A DNA stretch of 64,000 bases from a virus. Location of the stretch: IMG/VR virus record IMGVR_UViG_3300030012_003086, positions 32,523 through 96,522 of that record. The stretch is one strand, 5' to 3'. Numbering within the stretch: the stretch's first letter is position 1; each line of letters begins with the position of its first letter. Position numbers and translations under genes: made by a program. Positions 29,095-38,490 of the stretch are shown piece by piece. The notes under the pieces were generated by a model. The model worked only from the letters and a program-made list of their open reading frames with translations. It did no database searches and had not been told where the DNA came from.

Positions 29095-29607
29095 CTAGGG
29101 AATACTTTGTGCGAATCTTTTTGCTTCTGTTGTGACTTTATATCCGAATAAACGTTTTGCTCTATCATTACTTTCTGTTCTGCTTCCTAAAAATAATTGG
29201 TCAAATTTAGAACCATCACTTGCAGTATAGCCTTTCCGCTTACTCTCAATTACACGACGCAGTATCAAGTATATAGCCCTTAGCCTATCTTTGCCATAAG
29301 AGGCATCTATTCCGCCTCTTTCGTCATGTAATACTCTAATATGAATAGTAAATGTATAACTCTCATTTCTTATATCGTAATGAATAGTGTTGTATTCTAT
29401 GTTTTGGCTATCTTCAAAAACAACAATTGTAGCAGGTGAACGACTCAAATCAACTCTTACTCCCTTATGTTTAGTAGTATTTCTAACATCTAAAAACTCC
29501 GGGGTAACTGCATGACTAGCAGAAATGGTTCCTGCACTAACTAAAGCAGTAGCATTACTACTCCAATTATTAGACAATAAATCTAAGAGTAAACTGACTT
29601 CATCCAT
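29095..29607 (-). CDS. tail terminator / completion protein
   Basis: 170 aa, immediately upstream of the tail tube gene. Confidence 0.5.
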   Translation of the reverse strand: MDEVSLLLDLLSNNWSSNATALVSAGTISASHAVTPEFLDVRNTTKHKGVRVDLSRSPATIVVFEDSQNIEYNTIHYDIRNESYTFTIHIRVLHDERGGIDASYGKDRLRAIYLILRRVIESKRKGYTASDGSKFDQLFLGSRTESNDRAKRLFGYKVTTEAKRFAQSIP

Positions 29608-29780
29608 GTTTCTATTCCCTCGATTATTGCTTTTTCATAGGCTTCTTCTGCGAATTTTAAAACTTCTTCATCACTAAATGAAATGTCATATCCTAATATT
29701 TCTGATAATTCCTGTAATGCTAATTGCCTTTCTTTTTGAATTGATAATAATTCATTAAACAATTGTAAATTTACTTTCAT
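29583..29780 (-). CDS. hypothetical protein
   Basis: 65 aa, coupled within the operon. Confidence 0.65.
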   Translation of the reverse strand: MKVNLQLFNELLSIQKERQLALQELSEILGYDISFSDEEVLKFAEEAYEKAIIEGIETWMKSVYS

Positions 29781-29781
29781 A

Positions 29782-31101
29782 CTAACCGAGGAAATATACT
29801 AAGTCTCCCTTCCCCTTGAGAATATCCATAGCCTCTTGTTTTAAAATATCATACTTTTCTTTAGTAGTAATATTAGCACCTGTTTCAGCAATTAATACAC
29901 TTTGGTCATCATGCCTTAGTATTTCTGCTGCTGCTAATTTAGTTGCTGCTTCATGTATAGCAGCAGGAACTCTCCCATTACCTGCTAGATAAGTAACTAT
30001 TACTGAATTCTTTTCATGGTAAGGATAATCTCTTAAGAAAAATATTCTTCCTTCTGATTTAATAGTCCAATAAGAACCTAGTCTTCTTAGGTCTTCTTTA
30101 TCAGTAAAGTTAGTTAAATCACAAACTGTTGGTATTTTATCATCAGTTGTAAAAGTCAAATTAGAACTACTAAAGGAACCACTTGTAGTAGCATTACTTA
30201 GAACGACTGTAGTCGAATCAGTAATAGAAGTAATTGTGGAACCACTTACAATGTTACTGATTCCGCTTACCGTCATACCTACGGCTAATTTAGACGAATC
30301 TGCAACGGTAAGATTAACTGAATTATTACCGGAACATGATTGTTTTATGGTTGCTTTAAGAACACATTCTGCCCCGTCATCACCGGAAAGTAGGGATGAA
30401 ATGAGGACTCTCTTGCCGTTTGCTCTGTCCTTTGCAGCATAGAAAAAATCAGAAATTGACAAATTATTCGGTGTTGATGACACTGATTTCAGAGCCGTAG
30501 CACCTGTAAAATTAGATGTGTTAGACGGAAATTGTTCATTAACTAGAGAAACTATTTCATCATTCGTAGTTTTAACGCCAAACGTATTACAGAATTCATC
30601 ATTTCCTAAACCCGAAATGTCATTCTCAGCAACCATTTCAAATGAATCTCCACTATTAGGTAATTCTAAAATTATAGAATTTAAATCTCTAAAGTTTTCT
30701 TGAAGCAATATCTTGGCCTGTGCTGATGCTAATTCTTCATATTCGCTACCTTGCCAAACTTGTAAAGATATTACTTTTCTCAGTCTTAGTTGAGATAGTT
30801 GAATAAAGCCAACATATCCTCCATAGTAAGAATGCATTGGTAATGTCTTAAATTGAAAATCATGAAATTCGTTCTTAGTAATAATAGGTCTAAAAGAACG
30901 CTTTACTTTATCGTCAATAAGTCCCTCGACTCTTTTGATAATTGCACCGACTTGTGCTAAAGTAGGATAAGTAGTGCTAGCAGTAAAAACAGGAACTTGT
31001 AATAGATTAGCGACTTCAGTTGCATTGGTATAGAATCCTCTTCCATCTGAATAACTAGGATTTATTTCTGTAAAATCACTTGGCGACACTGTTACTGACA
31101 T
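29782..31101 (-). CDS. head-tail adaptor (gp6/gp15-like) with inserted beta domains
   Basis: YTNATEVANLL at the N-terminus; VTYLAG..VPAAIHEAATKLAA at the C-terminus. Confidence 0.7.
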   Translation of the reverse strand: MSVTVSPSDFTEINPSYSDGRGFYTNATEVANLLQVPVFTASTTYPTLAQVGAIIKRVEGLIDDKVKRSFRPIITKNEFHDFQFKTLPMHSYYGGYVGFIQLSQLRLRKVISLQVWQGSEYEELASAQAKILLQENFRDLNSIILELPNSGDSFEMVAENDISGLGNDEFCNTFGVKTTNDEIVSLVNEQFPSNTSNFTGATALKSVSSTPNNLSISDFFYAAKDRANGKRVLISSLLSGDDGAECVLKATIKQSCSGNNSVNLTVADSSKLAVGMTVSGISNIVSGSTITSITDSTTVVLSNATTSGSFSSSNLTFTTDDKIPTVCDLTNFTDKEDLRRLGSYWTIKSEGRIFFLRDYPYHEKNSVIVTYLAGNGRVPAAIHEAATKLAAAEILRHDDQSVLIAETGANITTKEKYDILKQEAMDILKGKGDLVYFLG

Positions 31102-33143
31102 TATTCAAGTCCTCCTATTAGTCTCTTAATTTTTCTGATAACCTTTCTATATCCACCGATTGTTCTATTCATTTCCTTATTTCTTCTAGGCCTAAGTTGA
31201 ACTGAAGGTATTTCATACGCCTGCATAAGATAACCTTTAATCGAGACATTAGTATCTTTGAACGATTCATTTATTTCGTCTATTGGAACTTGTCCTGTTC
31301 GATAAGTTATTTTCCCAAACTCAGAAGTAATGTCTTCTCCTGTCTTTGCATCTAATACTTCTTTTACTCCTTCTCTTTTAATTCTAGCAATATCTTCTGC
31401 TTGTGTCTCTCGGTAAACTCTTTCATATTCCTGTTTTTCCTTTGGGGAGAGTTTATTGTATTCCTTATCAGTAATTTGCTTACCTTCTTTGTTTTTCCAA
31501 CCTTCGCTTACTTCATAAACATCTGCATCTTCATCTGTTATTCCTTGTTCAAATGCGTCTTTCATGCTAGAATATAACTCCTTAGTTTTGCCCTTTTTGA
31601 CTTTAAACGTGACATATACTCTTATTCCCATAACTCTGTTATATTCTTCAAATAAATCAGAATCTTTTGCTTCTTTCTTTACCATTTCAGTAATTCTTTT
31701 TACTAACTTTTCAATTTGGTCATCATTATCATATGACATAGAAATGGGAGTGCTTTCACCACCTTTTACTGTGTATTCGATTGGTTCATCAACTTCTTCC
31801 CATTTCTTAGTAATACTATTGTATTTATAATTTAATTTAGCCTTATTTTTTCCTTGCGCTACTTGTTCAAAAGCAGCAGCAATAAAACCATCAACAGGAT
31901 AAGATATGGTTGTTGCAGGTATTCCGACGGAAGCCTCATACTCTTCATAAGTTAGTTTTCTTTCAATTATTTTTCTTTTGTATTTTTCTTTTTCTCTATT
32001 AGATAATTTATCATAATCTTCATTACTAATTGTTATGTTTTTATTTTCTTTACTTATCCACATTGTTTCGTCTTCTTCCTGTTCATTAAGAACATCAGAA
32101 ACATCACTAATCTTTTTGTTTTCTGACTGTGCTCGTTTTTCTGCGTCGTCATATTCTTTAGAATATTTATCAAACATTTCTTTCATTCTTCTATTTTTTT
32201 CGCCTTCAGAAACCTTTTCTCTTTCTCCGGCCATTTGACCTAGTTTACCCATTTCAAAAACTTTAGTTTGGATTGTTCTTTTAGATAATTCATCATTCAA
32301 TTTTTCTATGAAATCTTCATCTAAACTGAGGTCATATCCCTCTAATGTATCTTCTAGCAAATCAAAAGATTGATTTTTAGCCACAGGCTTTACTACATTA
32401 CCTGACATATTAGACAATACAGATGCTCTTTTTTTGCTTATATCTTCTAATTCATCTGTCAGAGGTCTATCTGGCCCTAATTGATTTGGATAATCAATAA
32501 TTAAATGTGCTTTATCTTTCAGGTTTTTATCTGTCAAAACACTTGTTCCTGTATTTAGTTTACCTGTGGGTTCTCCGCCTCTTGTGGATTCTTCTAAAAC
32601 TAATTCATAATCAAACTTAGGAGAGCGAACTATTTTGTTAATTTCTTCTTCACTTAGTTTCTTTTCTAAGTTTTCTTCTTGACTTCTTAGATAATTTAAT
32701 CCCTTAAGTCTTCTAATAACTTCGGGTTTCATTAAATCCTTTAATTTTTTATTTTGAATATATTTCTTATTGGCTTCGTTTTCAACCTGAACATCCTTTG
32801 TTTCAAATACATCAACTACTTTGCCATCAACTTCTTTTGTTCCTGTTTTTGTTCTTTTAGAAGTTCTTCTTCTTTTGATAAAATTATTCCATCCGGGTGA
32901 TTTTTTTAGCCATTCTGATAATTCCTCATCAAGAACTTCGCCTATGACTTTTTTTAAAACTAAAGAAAATTCATCCATTTCCTCATCATCATCTTCCAAA
33001 GCATATTGAACTCCTAGAATTTTCCTATAAAAAGCATCATCATTTGGATTCATTAATGCGTTTCTAAATTCTGTTTTAAAATCGTCTTCGGTTGATTTGT
33101 CTTCAGTATCAACATAATTGTCTCCCCATAAAAAATCAACCAT
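31101..33143 (-). CDS. large charged hypothetical protein
   Basis: 680 aa, E/K-rich, one internal repeated motif. Confidence 0.8.
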   Translation of the reverse strand: MVDFLWGDNYVDTEDKSTEDDFKTEFRNALMNPNDDAFYRKILGVQYALEDDDEEMDEFSLVLKKVIGEVLDEELSEWLKKSPGWNNFIKRRRTSKRTKTGTKEVDGKVVDVFETKDVQVENEANKKYIQNKKLKDLMKPEVIRRLKGLNYLRSQEENLEKKLSEEEINKIVRSPKFDYELVLEESTRGGEPTGKLNTGTSVLTDKNLKDKAHLIIDYPNQLGPDRPLTDELEDISKKRASVLSNMSGNVVKPVAKNQSFDLLEDTLEGYDLSLDEDFIEKLNDELSKRTIQTKVFEMGKLGQMAGEREKVSEGEKNRRMKEMFDKYSKEYDDAEKRAQSENKKISDVSDVLNEQEEDETMWISKENKNITISNEDYDKLSNREKEKYKRKIIERKLTYEEYEASVGIPATTISYPVDGFIAAAFEQVAQGKNKAKLNYKYNSITKKWEEVDEPIEYTVKGGESTPISMSYDNDDQIEKLVKRITEMVKKEAKDSDLFEEYNRVMGIRVYVTFKVKKGKTKELYSSMKDAFEQGITDEDADVYEVSEGWKNKEGKQITDKEYNKLSPKEKQEYERVYRETQAEDIARIKREGVKEVLDAKTGEDITSEFGKITYRTGQVPIDEINESFKDTNVSIKGYLMQAYEIPSVQLRPRRNKEMNRTIGGYRKVIRKIKRLIGGLE

Positions 33144-33154
33144 TTAGGTTCACC

Positions 33155-33808
33155 TCACATCAACCATTTAGCCCATGCAGCACCCTTTTGTATTGCTGAA
33201 CCTAAACCTAAGCCTGCCTTTGGCGGCTCATAACTCATTTGTCCTGTTTGTGGGTCTATCCAATATGGCCTACCATATCCGTCTGTTCCATTAGGAGGAA
33301 TAGGATAACCTGTGCCATTATTCATAGCACCCTGCATTTGGTTATATTGTTGCGTATTACCTGTTACTCCTGCAATAGCAGCACCGGCGGTAATTTGTTG
33401 TGTTTGTCCTCCACCGAATCCTTGAGATTCTAGATATTGTTGCTTTGCCATCTTTCTTTGGTTTACTACTTCTGCATTGATAGCGGATTGAAGCAATCTT
33501 TGAATATCCAAATCAATATTTTCTTGAGTAATTCTTTCGTATTCTCTCATAGCATCAGCATCAATTTGTATTGAATTCCCTGTCATTGTAAATTTCAATT
33601 TACCTAGCATTTGGGAAACTACTCTCTCAATCACGTCTTCCATCAGTTTTTCCAAAGCAGTCAAGAAATGTTCTCCATGATACTGAAAGAATTCCTCAAC
33701 ATGGTTATCTTGTAATGATAACAAATTATTCATTGATTTGAATTGCTGGTCGCCTTGTGCTTGCACTGCTCCTAAAACAGTGCCATTACTTGTTCCTAAT
33801 AATCCCAT
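33155..33808 (-). CDS. hypothetical protein (coiled coil, Gln/Gly-rich, amphipathic C-terminus)
   Basis: 217 aa; ends GLGLGSAIQKGAAWAKWLM. Confidence 0.8.
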   Translation of the reverse strand: MGLLGTSNGTVLGAVQAQGDQQFKSMNNLLSLQDNHVEEFFQYHGEHFLTALEKLMEDVIERVVSQMLGKLKFTMTGNSIQIDADAMREYERITQENIDLDIQRLLQSAINAEVVNQRKMAKQQYLESQGFGGGQTQQITAGAAIAGVTGNTQQYNQMQGAMNNGTGYPIPPNGTDGYGRPYWIDPQTGQMSYEPPKAGLGLGSAIQKGAAWAKWLM

Positions 33809-33810
33809 AA

Positions 33811-34470
33811 TTATTCCTCTTTAGTTTCTTCTCTAGTGGGTATTTTTACCCCTTCATTAATCATTAAGTAATTTAGCCTATCAGTAAGTATGTTTATCTC
33901 ACCAACAATCTCAATTACTTCGTTAGTAGCACTCCTATTATCTCCTAATGAGGGTGGCTTTATTAAATAACCGCTTGCAGTAAGTGTTGCTATATTTTCT
34001 TTAGTCAAATGAGTCAAAGGACCACTTTTTAGAACCTTTGGCATCTTAGGAATATATTTAGCAAACTCTAAGCCATGCTTATCCGCAAGTATCGTTTGTT
34101 GTAGCATTTCTAATTGCATAAACATAGCAGCGTGTTTAGGGCAATATGTTCCTGCTAGTGGTCTACCTTTCACTACATTATCTAGTGGAATAGGAGGCCT
34201 TAATGAATCTCCGGGTTCCCATATATGATGAAAACCACAAACTACGCATCTATCTTTTAGATTAAATTTTTTACCGTATTTTAATCCCAAAAATTTCTTT
34301 GGTTCGGGCTTTAAAACGGCAACTAATTCTTTTAATTGTTTTTTAGGTTTAATTGCTACAAACTTGTATTCCATTATAGAACCGCTCGCTCTTGCTGCTC
34401 TTAATGGAGACAAGAATGCGGTCGGTAACATATTTGGATTCTGTCCTATAATATTTGGTTGTTGATACAT
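33811..34470 (-). CDS. Zn-finger-containing hypothetical protein
   Basis: CVVC...YCPKH. Confidence 0.75.
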   Translation of the reverse strand: MYQQPNIIGQNPNMLPTAFLSPLRAARASGSIMEYKFVAIKPKKQLKELVAVLKPEPKKFLGLKYGKKFNLKDRCVVCGFHHIWEPGDSLRPPIPLDNVVKGRPLAGTYCPKHAAMFMQLEMLQQTILADKHGLEFAKYIPKMPKVLKSGPLTHLTKENIATLTASGYLIKPPSLGDNRSATNEVIEIVGEINILTDRLNYLMINEGVKIPTREETKEE

Positions 34471-34761
34471 CTATCTCCCTCTTCTTCTAATTGATTGAAT
34501 AATATTTTTGCTTAACATTTTATCCCAAAATTTATCTGCTACGGGTAGTGTTCCATCAGCCTCTATGTCTCCGTCTTTTATTGAAAGTAAATACTTAACC
34601 ATTTCTTTTAGGTATTTTTCTCCTAATCCCTGTCTTTCTTCTGCATTATGACCAAAGCCCATAATTCCCCAATATCCAGCATAAAACGCATCTCCGGTTG
34701 CTTTACCATCTTTTGAATGCCAAGTGACTTCTAATTCTTCTTTGATAATATTAAACCACAT
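34471..34761 (-). CDS. WxxIIK-leader protein with GNAT-like fragment
   Basis: MWFNIIK leader; RQGLGEKYL and ADKFWDKM resemble GNAT motifs A/B. Confidence 0.6.
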   Translation of the reverse strand: MWFNIIKEELEVTWHSKDGKATGDAFYAGYWGIMGFGHNAEERQGLGEKYLKEMVKYLLSIKDGDIEADGTLPVADKFWDKMLSKNIIQSIRRRGR

Positions 34762-34766
34762 AATAA

Positions 34767-35435
34767 TCAATAATCCTTTATCATCGTCATTACGCCTCTA
34801 TATACCATTTCGGGTTCTGATTTTGCTGAAACTATATATTTGAAGCAAGGTATTCCTTTATCGTTTAATTGTCTCATTCCATACTTAAACGGTTCAAAAA
34901 TTTCATGTTTATCTATTGTTTGTCCTTCTTTTAGCGGGTATTTTTCTCCCCATATGTCATATTTATTTGCCCATATTCCTACTGCCATTGGATAATCTGA
35001 ATCTCTTTTTTTCCTATTAGTAGGCCAAATATTAGAACAGATTGTATCAACTAAAAATTTCCATGCTACTTGATGGTCTAAGTTAGAAGAATTATCTAAA
35101 TGCCTGTGGTCTATCATAAAAATCACATATTTTACTTTTCTTTTTTGCATGTCTTTAACCCATTCTTTCCAATAGATTGCTTCTCCACCAACATCTGCGC
35201 TTCTAACAGTATAGGAATCTCCGTCTATTTTAACATTTTTTCTTGAAGCCCTATGTAATCCTACTGTTCTTTCATTTATTTGAGGCACTTCGCCCCTTGT
35301 TCTTAACTGATTACTTAACGTTGTTTTGCCGACCATTGTTGCACCATACACACCGAAATTGATTGCATGAACCTTTCTATAAAAACTAATGAATGCTTCT
35401 CCTACTAAAATTGCAAAGCCTGTCATCATTGACAA
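34767..35435 (-). CDS. Arf/Ras-superfamily small GTPase
   Basis: G1 GATMVGKTT, G2 RTVG, G3 DVGGE, G4 NKYD, G5 SAK; hydrophobic/amphipathic N-terminal helix; likely TTG start after GGAGGT. Confidence 0.88.
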   Translation of the reverse strand: MSMMTGFAILVGEAFISFYRKVHAINFGVYGATMVGKTTLSNQLRTRGEVPQINERTVGLHRASRKNVKIDGDSYTVRSADVGGEAIYWKEWVKDMQKRKVKYVIFMIDHRHLDNSSNLDHQVAWKFLVDTICSNIWPTNRKKRDSDYPMAVGIWANKYDIWGEKYPLKEGQTIDKHEIFEPFKYGMRQLNDKGIPCFKYIVSAKSEPEMVYRGVMTMIKDY

Positions 35436-35437
35436 AA

Positions 35438-35653
35438 CTATACCTCCCAACTGTGCCAAAAGGTATCTAATATCCAACCTAGAATATTAATATCAAAAAC
35501 ACCCATAATGTTTCCAATAAAGAAAGAGAATATAGCGGCAAAAGTGCCCCAAAACCATGCTCTCATTTTTAAAAATAAAATATCTGCTGAATGCGCTCTT
35601 TGCTGATTATATGCATAATCAGAATCAGAAAAACCTAGAAAATCAGAAATCAT
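35438..35653 (-). CDS. small membrane protein
   Basis: 71 aa, hydrophobic C-half (WFWGTFAAIFSFFIGNIMGVF). Confidence 0.75.
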   Translation of the reverse strand: MISDFLGFSDSDYAYNQQRAHSADILFLKMRAWFWGTFAAIFSFFIGNIMGVFDINILGWILDTFWHSWEV

Positions 35654-35662
35654 TTAACCGCC

Positions 35663-36058
35663 TCACTGAAGAGTAGCGGCTAAAAATTCACTTCCAACAG
35701 TGTTATCATCAGTGGTTTCGATGTTAGAATACTGCTGGAAAGTCGTTCCACCATATTGCTTTGCGCTTTCTTGCATCTTTCTCAACTGTTGCTCATCTCT
35801 TGCTTTTCTTTCCCAATAGGCCGCAATTTTTCTATCAAGTAGCCACATCTCTATTTTATCATTTAGTGCCAAATCAAACAGTGCTTTCATTACCATAATA
35901 GCACCTATCGTTCCTAAACCAAATAATACAGAGTGTGCTAAAGGACCATATGGGAATCCTAAACCTATCTGTGCATAAACCATAACGTTAGCACCACTTA
36001 ATGCACCAACGAAAAGTATAGTCATAACTAATCTAGTATCTTGATTCAATGCAGGCAT
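35663..36058 (-). CDS. two-TM membrane protein with cytoplasmic coiled coil
   Basis: Two hydrophobic segments followed by a charged helix; GGTGA RBS. Confidence 0.8.
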   Translation of the reverse strand: MPALNQDTRLVMTILFVGALSGANVMVYAQIGLGFPYGPLAHSVLFGLGTIGAIMVMKALFDLALNDKIEMWLLDRKIAAYWERKARDEQQLRKMQESAKQYGGTTFQQYSNIETTDDNTVGSEFLAATLQ

Positions 36059-36068
36059 TTAATTCACC

Positions 36069-36356
36069 TCAAGCAAATTCGACGGAAACTGCTGCGCCTT
36101 CGTCTGCTCCACTACTAATGTCCAAATAAAGACCATTGGTTGCAATTACACCATGCATATCAAACTCGATGTTTTCGGTTTGACCTAGCGTAATTCTAAC
36201 CAATTCCTTACCCGATGCAGCCGAAGCATTATCCCATACTGACACTGTTGTTGGATTAATTCCTGTTAGTGAAGCATGTATTGAAATAAGTTTACACCTA
36301 TCACCGCTAATAGTCTGACTTGAAGTTAAAACTCCGCTACTTCTGCAACCCGACAT
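36069..36356 (-). CDS. small beta-rich virion (decoration/spike-like) protein
   Basis: VSVWDNASAASG...GVIATNGLY pattern; position after the capsid genes. Confidence 0.5.
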   Translation of the reverse strand: MSGCRSSGVLTSSQTISGDRCKLISIHASLTGINPTTVSVWDNASAASGKELVRITLGQTENIEFDMHGVIATNGLYLDISSGADEGAAVSVEFA

Positions 36357-36408
36357 ATGTTTCCACCATTCGACTTTAGGGATAACTCCCACTTAAACCT
36401 TATTGGGA

Positions 36409-36747
36409 TTATTCGGACTCTTCGGCCTTTTCAACTACCGGAGCAGTTGTTTTTTTGGCTTTAGATTTTCTAGTCTTCTTTGGTAAAAGAAGAGCACACA
36501 ATTCCTCATGAGTGGTAATATTAGTGCCTAATTCTTTAGAAAGCACTTCAAAAATCCCGATATCTAATTGCATCATTTCTTCTCTGTCTGATTCATCAAA
36601 AACAAAATTTAAGTTTTTGTCACTATATCGAACCAAAGCCCCAATTAATGATGGGAATGTAACGGGTTCGAGACTTGTTTTACTTAGCCTCAAACCCATT
36701 ACATTCAAAGAAAACGGAGATGCACTACTCAGTTTTACTTTAACCAA
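36409..36747 (-). CDS. hypothetical protein
   Basis: 112 aa in the capsid operon. Confidence 0.7.
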   Translation of the reverse strand: MVKVKLSSASPFSLNVMGLRLSKTSLEPVTFPSLIGALVRYSDKNLNFVFDESDREEMMQLDIGIFEVLSKELGTNITTHEELCALLLPKKTRKSKAKKTTAPVVEKAEESE

Positions 36748-36756
36748 TCAAATCCC

Positions 36757-37122
36757 TCAGATATTGCCGAACACTCTAACTCGGAATTGCATTCCACTGT
36801 GAGTCCCACCATCCGCTACTTCAGCAGGGGTCGCTTGTAACGCTTGAACCAATAACATTGTTACTGAATCTGCGCTAGTATAACTTCCATCTGTTCCTGA
36901 TATTACAAATGTCGGGTAAAACAATACATTACTTGTTCCCGTATGGGAAATTGAACTGATTGAATTTAGCCCAAATTTGCTTGCAGACATGACTACTCCG
37001 CTTGCATCGTATGTGGAAACATCAATTAGAGCATCAACCATATATTCATCACCATTTGCTCTAGGCTTAGTGAATCCCTTATGGTCGGCTAATAGAGTAA
37101 CCGTAAATACTTCTTCTGTCAA
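36757..37122 (-). CDS. probable capsid decoration / minor head protein
   Basis: Directly after the MCP; YDASG...FGL...RVRVFG pattern. Confidence 0.55.
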   Translation of the reverse strand: MTEEVFTVTLLADHKGFTKPRANGDEYMVDALIDVSTYDASGVVMSASKFGLNSISSISHTGTSNVLFYPTFVISGTDGSYTSADSVTMLLVQALQATPAEVADGGTHSGMQFRVRVFGNI

Positions 37123-37133
37123 GTTAAATCACC

Positions 37134-38489
37134 TCACAGAAGGTTTGTGACTTTACCTTGTCCTTTCCAATATGAGCAACCCAATTCACCAATTGTTCGG
37201 TAAAGAGCCTTGTTTCCGAGGGTTCCGACACCGAATGGGTTTCCGTTGCTAATACCATCCTCAAAGTATTGAGTTGGTTTCATAACAGATAGCCATAGAT
37301 GGTCTGTATCTAGGAATAACATATCGCTAATACAAGATGAATTTACACCTGTGGAAGCCATAGCAGCAACAGGAATTAGAGGAATATCGTAGTAAGTTGA
37401 TACTCTAAATCCTACTTCTTGACCTTTAACACCACGAACACCGTTTACGGTTGGAACAATTTCTTTTCTATCCATAAATCTCTCTTGTGCTTGTAGCAAA
37501 TCAGAGATAGTTTGTAGTGTATCATATCCTGTTAGAATAACCTTTGGTGAACCACCGGCAACACGAATTAGTCTTAGCATTTCATTAAGAACAGTTAGTG
37601 TTAGTTGGCGAGCATCTGCGCTAGCATAAGAATCACCAAAAGTAACCTGTGAATCTAGGAAAGAAGCAGCGTCACGGTTTGTTGAGAATAGATGACTCAA
37701 TTCATTCGCAGTTGCGCTTGATACTAGATTTGCGGTAGCCATAGCATCCAATTCAGCCTTTGAAGAAACAATCTTGTTTAGAGAAGTATAGTTTCTCTCA
37801 ATTGTATCAACAGTAACTGAACCGGAAACTGCTGAACCTGCTGCATAGAATTCTAGAGGCATAACTAGCATAGCATTCTGAACTTCAGCGTGGTGCTTAC
37901 CCATATCTTCACGCATTTGCGCTCTAATATCGCCAATTCCATCATCAATTTGTGCCATTTCCATAGCCAATTCGCTGAATTCAAATTGATGTGCAATAAT
38001 TTTAGGACTTGTGAACAATTGCTCATACTTTGGCGCAATAGAAGCCAAACCATCAGCAACAGTATCTAGACCTGCGTTCTCAGGAACACCACCAATAATA
38101 TCTGCTCTAGGAGAAGTTGAACCGAGATTTGCAGCATCTTTTGAACCTTCAACATCTAATGCTAGGAAATTACCACTACCACCAGCAGGTCTTTCTGACA
38201 ATACTCTCCAACCGCTAGAAGTATATGGCCTCTTAGAAATTACTGAAAGAGCATTACATTCACGGTTTAACATAGACCAAACTTTTTGTCCGTAAACTTG
38301 ATTGTATAATGCTCCTAGAGAAGAAGCAGCAGTAGTTCCACTACCGACTCCTAGAGAAACATCATGGCCTGTGTGAATACCTGCCACTGCACCAACCTGT
38401 TTTAGCAATTGGTTGTTTAGTCCCGCATTTGCGCCCATTCCGTAAGTATTAGCCTCTAAATCTGCAATTGTGTTAATATATCCACTCAT
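37134..38489 (-). CDS. HK97-fold major capsid protein
   Basis: 451 aa after the protease-scaffold; PKIIAHQFEFSE, PKVILTG, YDIPLIP, C-terminal GKVTNL. Confidence 0.88.
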   Translation of the reverse strand: MSGYINTIADLEANTYGMGANAGLNNQLLKQVGAVAGIHTGHDVSLGVGSGTTAASSLGALYNQVYGQKVWSMLNRECNALSVISKRPYTSSGWRVLSERPAGGSGNFLALDVEGSKDAANLGSTSPRADIIGGVPENAGLDTVADGLASIAPKYEQLFTSPKIIAHQFEFSELAMEMAQIDDGIGDIRAQMREDMGKHHAEVQNAMLVMPLEFYAAGSAVSGSVTVDTIERNYTSLNKIVSSKAELDAMATANLVSSATANELSHLFSTNRDAASFLDSQVTFGDSYASADARQLTLTVLNEMLRLIRVAGGSPKVILTGYDTLQTISDLLQAQERFMDRKEIVPTVNGVRGVKGQEVGFRVSTYYDIPLIPVAAMASTGVNSSCISDMLFLDTDHLWLSVMKPTQYFEDGISNGNPFGVGTLGNKALYRTIGELGCSYWKGQGKVTNLL

Positions 38490-38490
38490 C

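Noticed and set aside
35438-36058. Classical holin-endolysin cassette
   Set aside because: The membrane proteins could be holin-like, but no lytic enzyme is adjacent and the partner is a GTPase; not supportable as a call
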